Shown: positions 18,378-28,913, counted from the stretch's first letter. The stretch is 64,000 nucleotides of DNA from a virus (IMGVR_UViG_3300029305_011788:1-64000); one strand, 5' to 3'. The notes: generated by a model from the sequence alone, not told the origin. Program-made: numbers and translations.

Positions 18378-19787
18378 TTACATACCCCCATTCTTGTACT
18401 TCTTCCTGCGTTTCTTCCGCAGGAATCTGTCATCGGTTTCCTCGTCCGGATTTTCATCCGGCTCATCCTGTTCCTCGGTGTCGGGCTGATCGTCCGTATC
18501 ATTACCGGACTGCTTCGGCTGATATGCCGCATACGCCGCACCTGCATCCTCCAGCTTGTTATACGAGCCGTTCAGGTAGTAGTCATTGCCGCCCTGATCA
18601 TCGGGAATCAAATCCATATTTTCCAGACGGCGCACATCGTTGGGAGACATAAAGCCGTTGCCGACACCGATGGCGTATGCGTTCATACGGCTCTGGTAGT
18701 CGCCGCGCATCAGACCGTCCACATTGAATTTCGGAAAATACACATCCTGTTCTTCCTCCAGAAGAAGGTCTTTCATGATGCCCTTTTCGATACGGATGAT
18801 CCACGGCATAAGAGAATACTGCACGAATGCGATGCCCTGATGCTCAATGTTATTGAAGGTGCTGCGTTTCAAATCCTGCACCAGATGTGGCGGAACCTGA
18901 AACATACGGCAGATTTCCTCCACATCGAACTCGCGGGTAGATAAAAACTGCGAATCCTCCGGCGGCAGGGAGATCGGCTTATACTGCATACCTTCTTCGA
19001 GGACTGCGATGCGGTGTGCGTTCCGTGCGCCGCCGTATGCCTTTGTCCAGTTGTCGCGGATCTTCTGCGGATCCTTCAGCACGCCCGGATGTTCGAGGAC
19101 TCCGGCAGGCTGCGCTCCGTTTTTGAAGAAGGCGCTGCCGTATCGCTCTACAGCCATGACAGCACCGAGCGCATTTTTCATCATTGCTATCGGTGAGAAT
19201 CCGACCAGTCCATTGAAGCCCAGACCGGGGATGTGCAGAATTTCATCCCTGCGAAAAATAATGTCCTTGTCATGCTCGCCCGGTTTTTCATCGGTGTAAG
19301 CGTGATAGGTGTAAATGAGGTCGCCGCTTTTCGGATCACGGTCGATTTCCACATTTTCCGGCAACAGCGGATACAGACCGAGGATACCATTCTTGCCGTC
19401 ACGGACGATTTGTGCATACGCATTTCCCCAAAGCAGCAAATGACACATCAGTGTCTCCCAGAATGAAAATGAACTCATTTCGGGATTTGGCTGCCGGTAT
19501 AGGATTTTGTACAGCGGATGGTCGGTCGCCAGTTCCTTATCCTCGCCCTCGCCGGTGTATCTGTATAGGTGCAGCGGTAGTCCTGCAATCGTATTGGAAA
19601 GCAGTCTCACGCAGGCATAAACGGTCACAATCTGCATTGCGGTGCGCTCATCCACACGTTCTCCGCTGTGCGTCATGCCGAATACGAACAGGTTTCCTGA
19701 ATCTCGGACATTGTCCTGAATATCCGGCAGCATCGGCGCGTCTCTTGGCTTGTTGATGCCAAGCCAGCTCAAAAAGCCCATAAACAT
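18378..19787 (-). CDS. Portal protein, HK97 family
   Basis: VYACVRLLS, LLWGNAY, GFSPI, EEICRMFQVPP motifs. Confidence 0.95.
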   Translation of the reverse strand: MFMGFLSWLGINKPRDAPMLPDIQDNVRDSGNLFVFGMTHSGERVDERTAMQIVTVYACVRLLSNTIAGLPLHLYRYTGEGEDKELATDHPLYKILYRQPNPEMSSFSFWETLMCHLLLWGNAYAQIVRDGKNGILGLYPLLPENVEIDRDPKSGDLIYTYHAYTDEKPGEHDKDIIFRRDEILHIPGLGFNGLVGFSPIAMMKNALGAVMAVERYGSAFFKNGAQPAGVLEHPGVLKDPQKIRDNWTKAYGGARNAHRIAVLEEGMQYKPISLPPEDSQFLSTREFDVEEICRMFQVPPHLVQDLKRSTFNNIEHQGIAFVQYSLMPWIIRIEKGIMKDLLLEEEQDVYFPKFNVDGLMRGDYQSRMNAYAIGVGNGFMSPNDVRRLENMDLIPDDQGGNDYYLNGSYNKLEDAGAAYAAYQPKQSGNDTDDQPDTEEQDEPDENPDEETDDRFLRKKRRKKYKNGGM

Positions 19788-19796
19788 TACCTCCTG

Positions 19797-22463
19797 TCAG
19801 ATGACCACAAGATCATGGTCGGGTTCATCATATACAGATCCCTGCATTTCGTGACGGATACATCTGTCAAGTGCCATGATCCAAGCCACAATGCCGTCAA
19901 TCTTTTCTGTCGATTTCTTTTTACTCGGTTTGATGTTCTCCGCCGCATCAATTTCAGCAACCACATTGCCCGCCATCCAGCGCAGGACAGGGTTGCCGCC
20001 GTGTATAAACTGCCCTTCGAGAATGAGCTTGTACAGTTCTTTCATCGGCGGGGACATATCCTTGAAGCCCATGCCCATCGGAACAACGGTAAAGCCGTCA
20101 CCCTCAAGGTCGGTGATAAGCTGTGTGGCATTCCAGCGGTCGGCAGCAATTTCCTTGATGTTGTACATCGTGTGCAGCTCGTTGATCGTTTTCCGCACGA
20201 AATTATAATCGACCACATTGCCCTCGGTGATATGAAATAATCCCATGCGCTCCCATACATCGTAGGGAACATGGTCTCGGCGCACTCGCAAATCAAGCGT
20301 TTCTCTTGGCAGCCAGAAGTGCGGGACAACGATGTATTTCTCGCCGTCATGCAGCGGAGGGAACACCAGCACAAATGCCGTGATGTCCGATGTGCTGGAC
20401 AGGTCAAGACCTGCGTAGCATTCCCGTCCCCGCAGTTTTTCAAGGTCGATAGGAAGATTGCCCCTGTCGTAGATATGCTCCGGAATCCATGCAACGATGC
20501 TACCAACCCACTGATCAAGACGTAGCTGACGGAATACATTTTCTTCCGCAGGATTCGTCAGTGCTTCACGGTGGGCATCACGCACTCGGTCAATGGTGAT
20601 TGTGTATCCGAGCGATGGATTTGCCTTGTACCAAGATTCCTCGGCATTCCAGTCATCGCCGTCATTCAGTCCGTAGATGACCGGATAAAAGGACGGATCA
20701 ATACGCCGTCCATCGAGAATGTCTTTTGCTTTGGTGTGATACTCGTAGCAGATGCTGTTGCGGTCAGTGCCGGCGGTTGTAATCAGGAAGTACAGCGGCT
20801 GAGTACGGGCATCGCCGGATCCCTTTGTCAGAACATCCACAAGGCTGCGGTTCGGCTGGGCATGAAGTTCATCCAAAACCAGACCGGATACATTCAGTCC
20901 GTGTTTTGTACCGACTTCTGCTGAAAGCACCTGATAGAATCCCACATTGCTGTAGTTCACCAGCCGTTTTGTCGCCGCCATGATCTTGGAGCGTTTCAGG
21001 AGCGCCGGTGTCATTTCCACCATTCGCTTTGCTACATCGAATACGATGGATGCCTGCTGTCGGTCGGCGGCTGCACCATAGACCTCAGCGGAAGGCTCAT
21101 TGTCGGCGTAAAGCAGATACAGTGCAATTGCCGCCGCAAGCTCACTGTTGTGCGTAGGCATAAACGATGTTCCTGCAAGATATTGGTGGCTCGGACTGTC
21201 CACCTGAATGCACTGCATTTTCACAGGATGATCCACAGGCTGAATGTCCAGTAAATAATGAAAACAGGAGCGAGTTTCTTCCACCCGCGCCCGTGTGCGT
21301 GTGTACTTTCGTTTCAGTCTTGATGTCGGCTGATCGTCAAAGGTAGTAAACCGGACGATATACAAAATCTCTCCGGTCGGCCACCCATGCCGAGTAGAAG
21401 GCTCACATTTCACTGCATTTTTGATACCGAGCGACCACAGCAGTTCTCTGACGGAAAGCGCCAGTTCTCGCAGTGTTGTGACATACACACTTTGCCCCTT
21501 TCGTTCGCCGATACAGCCGTCCGAATCCATCAGACCTTGCAGCAATGCCCACCGCTGCTCTGTGGATGCTCTCAGATATTCCGGTCGGATCTTTTTTTCA
21601 CGGAAGCTGTCAAGCAGGACCGCCTTCAGTTCACTGTACTTTATGATCTCACTGCCGCCGCATTTCTGCGGATAACGGTTGTGTACCTTATACGGAATAT
21701 TCGAGATGATGTCCTCGACATCCTCCGTCCGAACAGTAATCTCCGGCTTGGTGGCATTGCCGTTTCCGAGCCAGTAGCCGTACAGATATGGATCAATCGG
21801 TAAATCTGCCGCCTTTGTCTGAAGGACACCGCATACCGGAATTCGGATAAGGGAATCCCGCTTTGACTGCGGTCTGTCGGAAAAACGCTGTCTGTATTCC
21901 GAAGTCCTGCGATAGATCTCACCGGTTGTCCAGAGGACATCTTTGCACTTGCCGTAAATATACTGACAGTTCCACAGATGCCGTTCTCCGGCGATGATCG
22001 AAGTGCCGTCTTTGAAGGTCAGCTTGTAGGCTTGCTCTGTATCATCCACAGGGCTTTTCGCAACCACATGGCACGGATTTCCGTTCTCATCAAATACAGT
22101 ATCTCCGACCTTCAGATCGCCCATATTGGTGAATCCCTGCGGAGTCGGAATAGGCGTATCCAGAGCGAGCTGCTTTCCATTTTTCTTTGGAATTTCGACA
22201 TAGGCTGTGCGGAATTGCCTCGTATCATCCTCTTTGACGATGCCAAAAATGTCACGAATGATCTGTTCCTGCCACGGCAATAACCAGAACGGCTTTCCCG
22301 CCCATCTGCCTTTGGTATGGCACAGGTTTTCAATGAAGCGCACAGCCCTGTCCGCCTTCGCCGCATCGTAGTGCGATTCCGGCAGCATGAAGCGTGTCGG
22401 CTGGTAGTTCTTCAGCTTCGGATAGTTTTTCGGGCGCTCCCGCGCCCTTGCCGTTCCTGCCAT
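19797..22463 (-). CDS. terL: Terminase large subunit, interrupted by an intein
   Basis: Exteins join as YVEIPKKNGK|SELAA (Walker A); VLDELH Walker B; GLDLS and KIDG nuclease motifs. Confidence 0.95.
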   Translation of the reverse strand: MAGTARARERPKNYPKLKNYQPTRFMLPESHYDAAKADRAVRFIENLCHTKGRWAGKPFWLLPWQEQIIRDIFGIVKEDDTRQFRTAYVEIPKKNGKQLALDTPIPTPQGFTNMGDLKVGDTVFDENGNPCHVVAKSPVDDTEQAYKLTFKDGTSIIAGERHLWNCQYIYGKCKDVLWTTGEIYRRTSEYRQRFSDRPQSKRDSLIRIPVCGVLQTKAADLPIDPYLYGYWLGNGNATKPEITVRTEDVEDIISNIPYKVHNRYPQKCGGSEIIKYSELKAVLLDSFREKKIRPEYLRASTEQRWALLQGLMDSDGCIGERKGQSVYVTTLRELALSVRELLWSLGIKNAVKCEPSTRHGWPTGEILYIVRFTTFDDQPTSRLKRKYTRTRARVEETRSCFHYLLDIQPVDHPVKMQCIQVDSPSHQYLAGTSFMPTHNSELAAAIALYLLYADNEPSAEVYGAAADRQQASIVFDVAKRMVEMTPALLKRSKIMAATKRLVNYSNVGFYQVLSAEVGTKHGLNVSGLVLDELHAQPNRSLVDVLTKGSGDARTQPLYFLITTAGTDRNSICYEYHTKAKDILDGRRIDPSFYPVIYGLNDGDDWNAEESWYKANPSLGYTITIDRVRDAHREALTNPAEENVFRQLRLDQWVGSIVAWIPEHIYDRGNLPIDLEKLRGRECYAGLDLSSTSDITAFVLVFPPLHDGEKYIVVPHFWLPRETLDLRVRRDHVPYDVWERMGLFHITEGNVVDYNFVRKTINELHTMYNIKEIAADRWNATQLITDLEGDGFTVVPMGMGFKDMSPPMKELYKLILEGQFIHGGNPVLRWMAGNVVAEIDAAENIKPSKKKSTEKIDGIVAWIMALDRCIRHEMQGSVYDEPDHDLVVI
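21147..22172 (-). mobile_element. 342-aa class 3 intein with LAGLIDADG homing endonuclease
   Basis: Starts QLALDTPIP and ends PTHN followed by Ser; W in RHLW, C in MQCIQV, T in THN; endonuclease blocks YGYWLGNG and LQGLMDSDG. Confidence 0.9.
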
Positions 22464-22936
22464 CAGCCACCTCCGAGCAATTCATCCATATCGTCAACGG
22501 CAGCGTTTTTCATATCCGCACCGGCTGTGATACGGCTTCTTGCCGCCGGAGTCAGACCGAACTGCTCTGCGATCTTATTCATGATTTTCAGATAGGTCTG
22601 AGCAATGGACACCTGCGGAACCTGCTGCCAGTAGCCGGACTTCGTTTTTACAATCGTACCGTGCTGCGTCATAAATTCCTCGGCTTCCTTCCAACGGGCG
22701 TATGCCTGACAGTACGATGCGAATGCCGCCTGATCGACCTCGGTTAGCACACCGATCTGTTCGAGCTGTTTAGACAGCCTGCGCCATTCCTTTTTCGCTT
22801 CCGGCTCCAACCACTTCGGACAAGGCGGCGCTTTGCGTTCCGGCTTCGGCTCTGCATCATTCAGCGGACGCTTGCCCGGATTTCCTTCCAGCTCTTTGAT
22901 CGCTGTCGGCTTTGGTTTTCTGCCTCTCTGAGCCAT
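22463..22936 (-). CDS. terS: Terminase small subunit, P27 family
   Basis: MAQRGRKPKPTAIKELEGNPGKR and FGLTPAARSRI; TGATG overlap with terL. Confidence 0.92.
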   Translation of the reverse strand: MAQRGRKPKPTAIKELEGNPGKRPLNDAEPKPERKAPPCPKWLEPEAKKEWRRLSKQLEQIGVLTEVDQAAFASYCQAYARWKEAEEFMTQHGTIVKTKSGYWQQVPQVSIAQTYLKIMNKIAEQFGLTPAARSRITAGADMKNAAVDDMDELLGGG

Positions 22937-23021
22937 CCGCATCACTCCTTCCTCAAAAAATCTGCATAAAGAAAAGACCTGCATGCTGCAAGCCTCTCCT
23001 ATGTATAAAACCACCATGAAT

Positions 23022-23285
23022 TTATCCGTTCAGCATATCCAGCATCAGCCTTGCGCCGTCACGAAAGCCTCTCGTGTAGCTGTCCTCTGAGGTGATCGAT
23101 TCCATCTGTCGGTGAAGGTCGATCAATGCCTCGAATGCTTCCGCAGTATCCGCTTTCATTCCGTCAGCGATCTGATTGTGCAGATCTTCCGCGCGCCCGT
23201 TCAGGTTGTCGTAATCGTCCGCCCTGACCTTGATATCTGTAGGTGCGCTGATTCTGCCCCGGTATAACTCGCTGATTGCTCCCAT
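23022..23285 (-). CDS. Small hypothetical protein
   Basis: GGAGG RBS; ends YTRGFRDGARLM. Confidence 0.7.
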   Translation of the reverse strand: MGAISELYRGRISAPTDIKVRADDYDNLNGRAEDLHNQIADGMKADTAEAFEALIDLHRQMESITSEDSYTRGFRDGARLMLDMLNG

Positions 23286-23350
23286 CCGCTTCACCTCCTT
23301 GCCGTGGGGCGATGGGGCGGCTTTGTGCTGCCGCCCGCCGTCCGTTTTGT

Positions 23351-23575
23351 TCAGTTGAACTTGTCGAGGAGCATCCGAAGGACTGCCTTGGTGTCCTTGT
23401 CAGCCGCCCTGACATCCATGCCCCGGTCGTAGTTGAAAACCGTCTCGCCGTTGCGCTCAATCCAGATCTTCGAGGCTCTGCCCTCCTTGTAGCCGAACTC
23501 GCTGGGCTCCTCGAAGTGCTTCACGCTGTAGCGGTATTCCCTCCCGTTGTAGTTGATCGTGCCGTGTGTCCACAT
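23351..23575 (-). CDS. Array cargo: hypothetical 74 aa (MWTHGT...)
   Basis: Follows repeat promoter 1. Confidence 0.75.
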   Translation of the reverse strand: MWTHGTINYNGREYRYSVKHFEEPSEFGYKEGRASKIWIERNGETVFNYDRGMDVRAADKDTKAVLRMLLDKFN

Positions 23576-23861
23576 AGTGTTTACCTCGTTCTTTCGTAGT
23601 TTTCGGTAGGCTTTGCCCTTCCGTTGTACCCATATTACCATAGGTCGGCGGATATATCAAGCGGCTAAACTGCCAGAATGTGCAGGGCGATTTTTCGGCG
23701 TTTGTTGTACATATTATGCCTTTCCCCAGAAGGCGCACAGTCGCCCTGTGTGGGCGGCTTTCAGTGTGGGGCAAGTTATCCGCAGGAGCCTCAAAAGCCG
23801 CGACACAGGCGAACGTGGCGCGGAACAGCCCCTCCGCAGAAGGACTGCTCCGTTTTGGCAA

Positions 23862-24134
23862 TCAGCCGCCGTAGTACTCCTCGATGTACTGTGTGCCGTC
23901 CTCCTCGGTGACCACGCTGGGGAACCGTACCTTGTGTCCCTGCTCGGTCATGATGCCCGCGGCAAGGTCGGCGATCTCACCGAGGAATGCCATGTCCCAT
24001 TCGAGGTCGGGGTTCTCGGTCAGCACCTTGCAGAATTCAAAGGCTGCCTCGTAGATGTCATCGTTGCGGTCTGCTTGCGCATCGGTCAGTTCCAGATTCT
24101 CGGCTTCGCCGCACTTTGTAGTGTTCTCGTTCAT
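23862..24134 (-). CDS. Array cargo: acidic hypothetical 90 aa
   Basis: Follows repeat promoter 2; GGAGG RBS. Confidence 0.75.
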   Translation of the reverse strand: MNENTTKCGEAENLELTDAQADRNDDIYEAAFEFCKVLTENPDLEWDMAFLGEIADLAAGIMTEQGHKVRFPSVVTEEDGTQYIEEYYGG

Positions 24135-24381
24135 GTAGATTTCCTCCGTTTTTCGTTGTTTTCGGTTCGGTTTCCCGTTCCGTTGTACACACTATAACTC
24201 TTTTTTCGCACATTATCAAGCGTGAGTAATCACGATCATACCGGCTGTTTTTTGCACTGAATTGTGTACATTATAGCTTGCGGTAAATTGCGCCAGAACG
24301 CGCAGTGTGGGCGGCTTTTATCTCAGGGCAAGTGATCCGCAGGAAAGCCGTAAGCCACCACACAGGCGAACGTGGCGCAAG

Positions 24382-24561
24382 TCAGGGCTTGCTGTTTCTG
24401 CCCAGCTCGTAGGCTCTTGCCAGCATCATGCGGAGCGTCATTATGCTGACCTCGGTGGTATCCGCATCAATGCCCCGGAAGTCCAGCCCGCCGCGCTCAG
24501 CAAGCACAAGGCTTTCTTCCATTGCGATCTGCTCCAATGCCTTCTGGATTTCGGTATCCAT
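24382..24561 (-). CDS. Array cargo: 59-aa hypothetical, absent from the ORF track
   Basis: Hand-translated MDTEIQKALEQIAMEESLVLAERGGLDFRGIDADTTEVSIMTLRMMLARAYELGRNSKP with an AAAGGAG RBS; similar to the C-terminus of 26723-27088. Confidence 0.7.
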   Translation of the reverse strand: MDTEIQKALEQIAMEESLVLAERGGLDFRGIDADTTEVSIMTLRMMLARAYELGRNSKP

Positions 24562-24615
24562 GTATGCGCTCCTTTCGGTGGATGCCGCCCCTCCGGAGAA
24601 GGGCGGCTCGTTTTC

Positions 24616-24978
24616 TCAGCCTGCGAAGTTTTCAAGGTAGTCGCTGATCGCCTTTGCCGTTTTGGTGTAGTCCGCTGCGGTTGGGCGGTAGCCGTACCAC
24701 TTGGGGTCATTGTAAGCCGTCCAGACGTAAAGCCCGTCGTGCTTGCCCCAAAGGTCCTCGAACTTCACCGTCAGGCTGTCGATCTTGCCCTCGGTGCGGT
24801 TCAGCACCGTGATCAGGATGCCGTAGCGGCGGTCCGCCTCGATGCATCTTGCGAACTCGACCTTCACCGTGGTGGTGTCGGTCAGGCGGGCGATGCAGGC
24901 GCTTCCGACCAGCTTGGGGTTCTTCATGGCGGTGACCTTTGCGGTCATCTTCTTCAGTTCGGTTTCAAAAAAGTTCAT
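24616..24978 (-). CDS. Array cargo: hypothetical 120 aa (MNFFETELKK...)
   Basis: Follows repeat promoter 3; GGAGG RBS. Confidence 0.75.
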   Translation of the reverse strand: MNFFETELKKMTAKVTAMKNPKLVGSACIARLTDTTTVKVEFARCIEADRRYGILITVLNRTEGKIDSLTVKFEDLWGKHDGLYVWTAYNDPKWYGYRPTAADYTKTAKAISDYLENFAG

Positions 24979-25170
24979 GGTGGAATCCTCCGTTTGTTTT
25001 ATTCGGCGGGGCGTTTGCCCTTCCGTTGTGTCACATATTACCATGATCTCCCCGGAATAGCAAGCGGCTAAACTACCAGAATGTGCAAGGCGATTTTTCG
25101 CTGATTGTTGTACATATTATGCCGCCGCCCGAAGGCGCGGAGCAGAGCCGAAGCCCTGCCCCTGATGCGG

Positions 25171-25548
25171 TCAGAGCATTACGCGGATGCCTTCGACCTC
25201 GTAGTCGTCCATGACATGATAGTCGTTGTCGTTGCGGGTAATGGAATCAAGCCCATACACCGTACAGCCGAGCCGTCTCATCTGATGCAGTGCTTCAATC
25301 AGAACTGTGGTTTTTGCCGTTACCACAATGGTTGTGATATTGGCAATGCGGAGCGTGTTAAGAAAATCCTCCATGTCGCCCTCGTTCGGCAGGTCGGTCA
25401 CTTCGTACTTGCTGCTGTTGTGACGGCGGCTGTCCTTGTAGTTCCACAGTGCCTTCCTTGCACCGAGGCTGTAGCCCGACTTCTGACCGTTGCTCTTGCG
25501 TTCGTAGATTTTGCGATCCATCTGTTCAAACGTGTAAATGATATCCAT
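25171..25548 (-). CDS. Array cargo: hypothetical 125 aa
   Basis: AAAGGAG RBS before MDIIYT. Confidence 0.7.
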   Translation of the reverse strand: MDIIYTFEQMDRKIYERKSNGQKSGYSLGARKALWNYKDSRRHNSSKYEVTDLPNEGDMEDFLNTLRIANITTIVVTAKTTVLIEALHQMRRLGCTVYGLDSITRNDNDYHVMDDYEVEGIRVML

Positions 25549-25603
25549 GTATTTTCTCCTTTCGGCATTCGGCTGCCCGGTGAAGGGCAGCCCCGCCTTT
25601 GTT

Positions 25604-25960
25604 TTAGTCAATAATGTGCAGCACCACCATGCCATTCGGTGTCGGGATGAAGATTTCAGGCTCCCAGAAGATTGCCTTGTACTTTTCGATCTGCTCATCG
25701 GTCAGCCCTGTGAAATCCTCGAAGCCCAGTCCGCAGACGAAGAAGGTACCTTTGATCGGGCCGTATTTCTCAACCGTTCTGTTCCATGCAAGGTCATCGC
25801 GGAACAGCCCCTCCTCGTTGCACACAACGGCGATGTTGTCGGTTTCGCTCGGATACAAGGCCTGAATGTAGCCATCCACCTCCGCCTGAAGGTTCTCAAG
25901 GGTGTGTTCGATGTCCTTGACGTAGGGGCGCTTGCCGGGTTCGCATACCAGAATTTTCAT
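25604..25960 (-). CDS. Array cargo: DUF3846-like protein
   Basis: MKILVCEPGKRPY...LQAEVDGYIQ...CNEEG...NR...GTFFVCG. Confidence 0.7.
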   Translation of the reverse strand: MKILVCEPGKRPYVKDIEHTLENLQAEVDGYIQALYPSETDNIAVVCNEEGLFRDDLAWNRTVEKYGPIKGTFFVCGLGFEDFTGLTDEQIEKYKAIFWEPEIFIPTPNGMVVLHIID

Positions 25961-26196
25961 GTAGATTCGCTCCTTTTGTATGATTCCGCTTGTCTGGCGG
26001 TAGTGACATATTAACTCTTTTTCTGCGATAAGTCCACGCCTTTTCGCAAAATAAATGTACCAGACATGAGCCGATATTTCAGGCGGAATTGTACATCGCA
26101 AAGAACGCGCACAGTCGCGCCGTGTGGGGCGGTTTTCCGCAGTGGCAAGTTATCCGCTGTCGCCATGAAAAGCCCCACACAAGCGAACGTGGCGGC

Positions 26197-26475
26197 TTAT
26201 TCCGCCCTCTGCCGTGCAAGCTCTGCTCTGAGCTGTGTCAGTTCGCATAGCATCTCAAATGAGCGTCCGTACTGCTCCATGTATGCAGCGATGTCGTAGT
26301 CTGCGCAGCACAGCAGCTCGAACTTGTCGGTCACGCCGTTCTTTCCGACCGTGAACTTTGCCTTTCTCGGAAACTGCCGGTCGAGCGTGCCTTCAAAGCC
26401 GTGCTTGTTGAACCAGTCGATTGCGTACATCTCCTCGTTGGAAAGTACCCTTGTCGCTTTGATCAGGTCGATCAT
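26197..26475 (-). CDS. Array cargo: hypothetical 92 aa
   Basis: Coupled to the upstream ORF by a 4-nt overlap. Confidence 0.7.
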   Translation of the reverse strand: MIDLIKATRVLSNEEMYAIDWFNKHGFEGTLDRQFPRKAKFTVGKNGVTDKFELLCCADYDIAAYMEQYGRSFEMLCELTQLRAELARQRAE

Positions 26476-26660
26476 TCTTTCTCACCTCCGTATTCCTTAA
26501 GGTAGGCGTTCACGCGGTCGCCGTAGCCCATCTCAGCAAGCTCCTGCGGTTCAAGGACTTCCAGAAGTGCTTCCATTGCAATCCGCTCAGTGAGCAGTCC
26601 ATCCGTTGAAAGGTTCGCAATGATTGCGGTCAGGCATCTGACCTGTTCGTATGTATCCAT
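26472..26660 (-). CDS. Array cargo: hypothetical 62 aa
   Basis: GAAGGAG RBS. Confidence 0.65.
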   Translation of the reverse strand: MDTYEQVRCLTAIIANLSTDGLLTERIAMEALLEVLEPQELAEMGYGDRVNAYLKEYGGEKE

Positions 26661-26722
26661 GTTCTTTCCTCCTTCGGGTTTGGCAGCCCCTCCCTGCGGA
26701 AGGGCTGCGCTGCTCCGTTCGT

Positions 26723-27088
26723 TTACTTGCTCTTGCGTCCTGCCTCATAGGCTTCTTTCAGGGCTGCTTCCAGTCCCCAGACCGAAACCTCGATGAAGTC
26801 CTCGCGGTCGCAGTGGCGGGTTTCGAGGTCTCCGCGCTCGGCTACCAGAATCAGGTGCTTTGCGGCAATCTCGTAGACCTTCTTGTCGATGCCCTCCAGC
26901 GGATGCTCGGCTCTCTGCAGCTCGCGCTCGTATTTGGCGATGCTGCTGTCCATGTTCTTCAGTGCCTGCGCCTTTGAGATACCGTAGACCTCAAGGCAGA
27001 CCTCTTCGGTCATCTGCTCGGTGGCGGCTCTGCCGTTCCGCAGGAAGTTCAGGGTGGTCTTGATCTCGTTCAGCTTTTTCTTGGTCAT
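26723..27088 (-). CDS. Array cargo: hypothetical 121 aa with ERGDLETR..D..DF.EVSVW..ALKEAYEAG domain
   Basis: Follows repeat promoter 5. Confidence 0.75.
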   Translation of the reverse strand: MTKKKLNEIKTTLNFLRNGRAATEQMTEEVCLEVYGISKAQALKNMDSSIAKYERELQRAEHPLEGIDKKVYEIAAKHLILVAERGDLETRHCDREDFIEVSVWGLEAALKEAYEAGRKSK

Positions 27089-27372
27089 GGTGGTGTACCT
27101 CCGTTTTTTGTTTTCGGCTGGGCTGTCTGCCCTTCCGTTGTGTCACATATTACCATGATCTTTCCGGAATAGCAAGCGGCTAAATGTACAGAATGAAATC
27201 GGCGTATCTTCGTCATTTGTTGTACATAGTACACCATGCCCACAGGAAGTTCACAAATGCGCCAGAATGCGCCGTGTGGGGCGGTTTTCCGCAGGGGCAA
27301 GTTCATCGCTCACCGCAGGAAAACCGCACACAGGCGAACGTGGGGCAAGCCAGCCCCGCAGGGCTGAACTTG

Positions 27373-27756
27373 TCAGCCCTCGGTCGGCGGAATCCACTGT
27401 CCCGTCCTTTCATCGAAAAGGTAGTAATACGGGATGCCCCAGTCGTCTCTCATCAGCGAAACAACGCTCTTGTGGGTGACCGCAGGCTGCATCGGCTCGT
27501 TGCGGTCGCGGTGGTATGCAACCGTCACGCCCTCCGCGGGCTTCTCGAAGCTGTGCGGCTCGTCCGCATCCGGCGCAAGGCGCTCACCGAGGATGCTGAT
27601 GTCTCCGAGGGCAAGCAGCGCCTTGACCTTCTCTGCGGTGTTGTAATGCTCGGTGAGGATCGGCATCTGGTGGTCGGGGTAGCCGTCCCAGTGGCAGTAG
27701 ATCGTTTCCGTGGTGCCGTCCTCGTGCAGGATGCCGATTCTTGAATTCGTGCTCAT
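27373..27756 (-). CDS. Array cargo: hypothetical (MSTNSRIG...IYCHWDGYP)
   Basis: Follows repeat promoter 6. Confidence 0.75.
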   Translation of the reverse strand: MSTNSRIGILHEDGTTETIYCHWDGYPDHQMPILTEHYNTAEKVKALLALGDISILGERLAPDADEPHSFEKPAEGVTVAYHRDRNEPMQPAVTHKSVVSLMRDDWGIPYYYLFDERTGQWIPPTEG

Positions 27757-27958
27757 GTTCATAGACCTCCGTTTTTTTTGTTTTCGGCGGGCTGTCTGCC
27801 CTTGCCGTTGTGTCACATATTACCATGATCTAGCCGATAAGTCCACGTCTATGTGCAAAATAAATCGTAGAAGAATCGCCGTATTCACCCTTTCGTATTG
27901 TCGGATGTACACATGAGTGAAAGGGTGGAGCAGAGCCGAAGCCCTGCCCCTGTTGCGT

Positions 27959-28453
27959 TCACCCCTTCAGCTCATCCTCGGTCATCAGCCTGAAGTTTTT
28001 GTCCTGCCAGAAGGAAATGTAAACATCGTAGCGGACATCCCATTCGCTTTCGTAATATTCGTCTGCTTCCTCATCGTATTCCTCGCTGGTCTCGACCTCT
28101 GTATAGCTGTAGACCTCTCTCTGCTCGAAGCCCTCGCCCCAGCCGTCGCTGTACTGTCCGCTGAGGTATTCCTTGAGCTGTGCTGTGTCATCATCCGTCC
28201 AGTCGTCATCTACCTCGCAGGTGGCAAGTCCGTAGAGCTTTCTGCCAACCCACTCTGCGCTCATTGTGACCTTGTGGAGCTTTTTGTAGTAGGTTGCGCC
28301 GTGGTAGTCGTCTGCGTACTCGGCAAGGTCGGTATTGTCGTTCTCCAGTGTTTCGATAAGCTCTGCGGCGTACTCCTCGGCGGGGGCTGTGAAGCAGTTG
28401 CTTTCGCTTGCAATCTGGGCAATCAGCGGATTGTAAATTTTCAGGGTTTTCAT
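27959..28453 (-). CDS. Array cargo: acidic hypothetical (GQYSDGWGEGFEQ motif)
   Basis: Follows repeat promoter 7. Confidence 0.75.
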   Translation of the reverse strand: MKTLKIYNPLIAQIASESNCFTAPAEEYAAELIETLENDNTDLAEYADDYHGATYYKKLHKVTMSAEWVGRKLYGLATCEVDDDWTDDDTAQLKEYLSGQYSDGWGEGFEQREVYSYTEVETSEEYDEEADEYYESEWDVRYDVYISFWQDKNFRLMTEDELKG

Positions 28454-28709
28454 GGTGGTGTACCTCCGTTTTTGTTTTCGGCGGGCTGTCTGCCCTTCCG
28501 TTGTGTCACATATTACCGCCTTTTGCCTGAAAAGTCCACGCCTATGTGCAAAATAAATCGTAGAAGAATCGCCGATTTTCGCAGTTATAACTGGTACATA
28601 TACCAACGCCCCACAGGAGGCTCACAAACGCGCCGTGTCGCGCCCGAAATCCTCCCAACAAACAAGCGGCGCAGAGCCGTAGAGCCCCACACCGCCCGTT
28701 GTACGCCCC

Positions 28710-28913
28710 TTATTCGGGAATGTACTTGTCGTGGATGATGCCGAGGATCTTGTCCTGTTCATCGATGCTGATGCCCATGCTTTCGAGGGCTTCCCTCGTG
28801 CCGCAGTCGGGGCAGATCAGTGTATCGTTGTCGTAGCGGGACAGCGCCGGTCGCTCGGTGTAGGTGCGTCCGCACTTGGGGCATTTGCGTGGTTCGTTTA
28901 CTCGGTCTTTCAT
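28710..28913 (-). CDS. Array cargo: small Zn-ribbon protein
   Basis: CPKC...CPDC. Confidence 0.7.
   Translation of the reverse strand: MKDRVNEPRKCPKCGRTYTERPALSRYDNDTLICPDCGTREALESMGISIDEQDKILGIIHDKYIPE

Noticed and set aside
27959-28606. N-terminal extensions such as MVICDTTEGQT.. / MVYVPV.. shared by several array ORFs
   Set aside because: These are translations of the repeated promoter-leader DNA; the real starts follow the GGAGG RBS.
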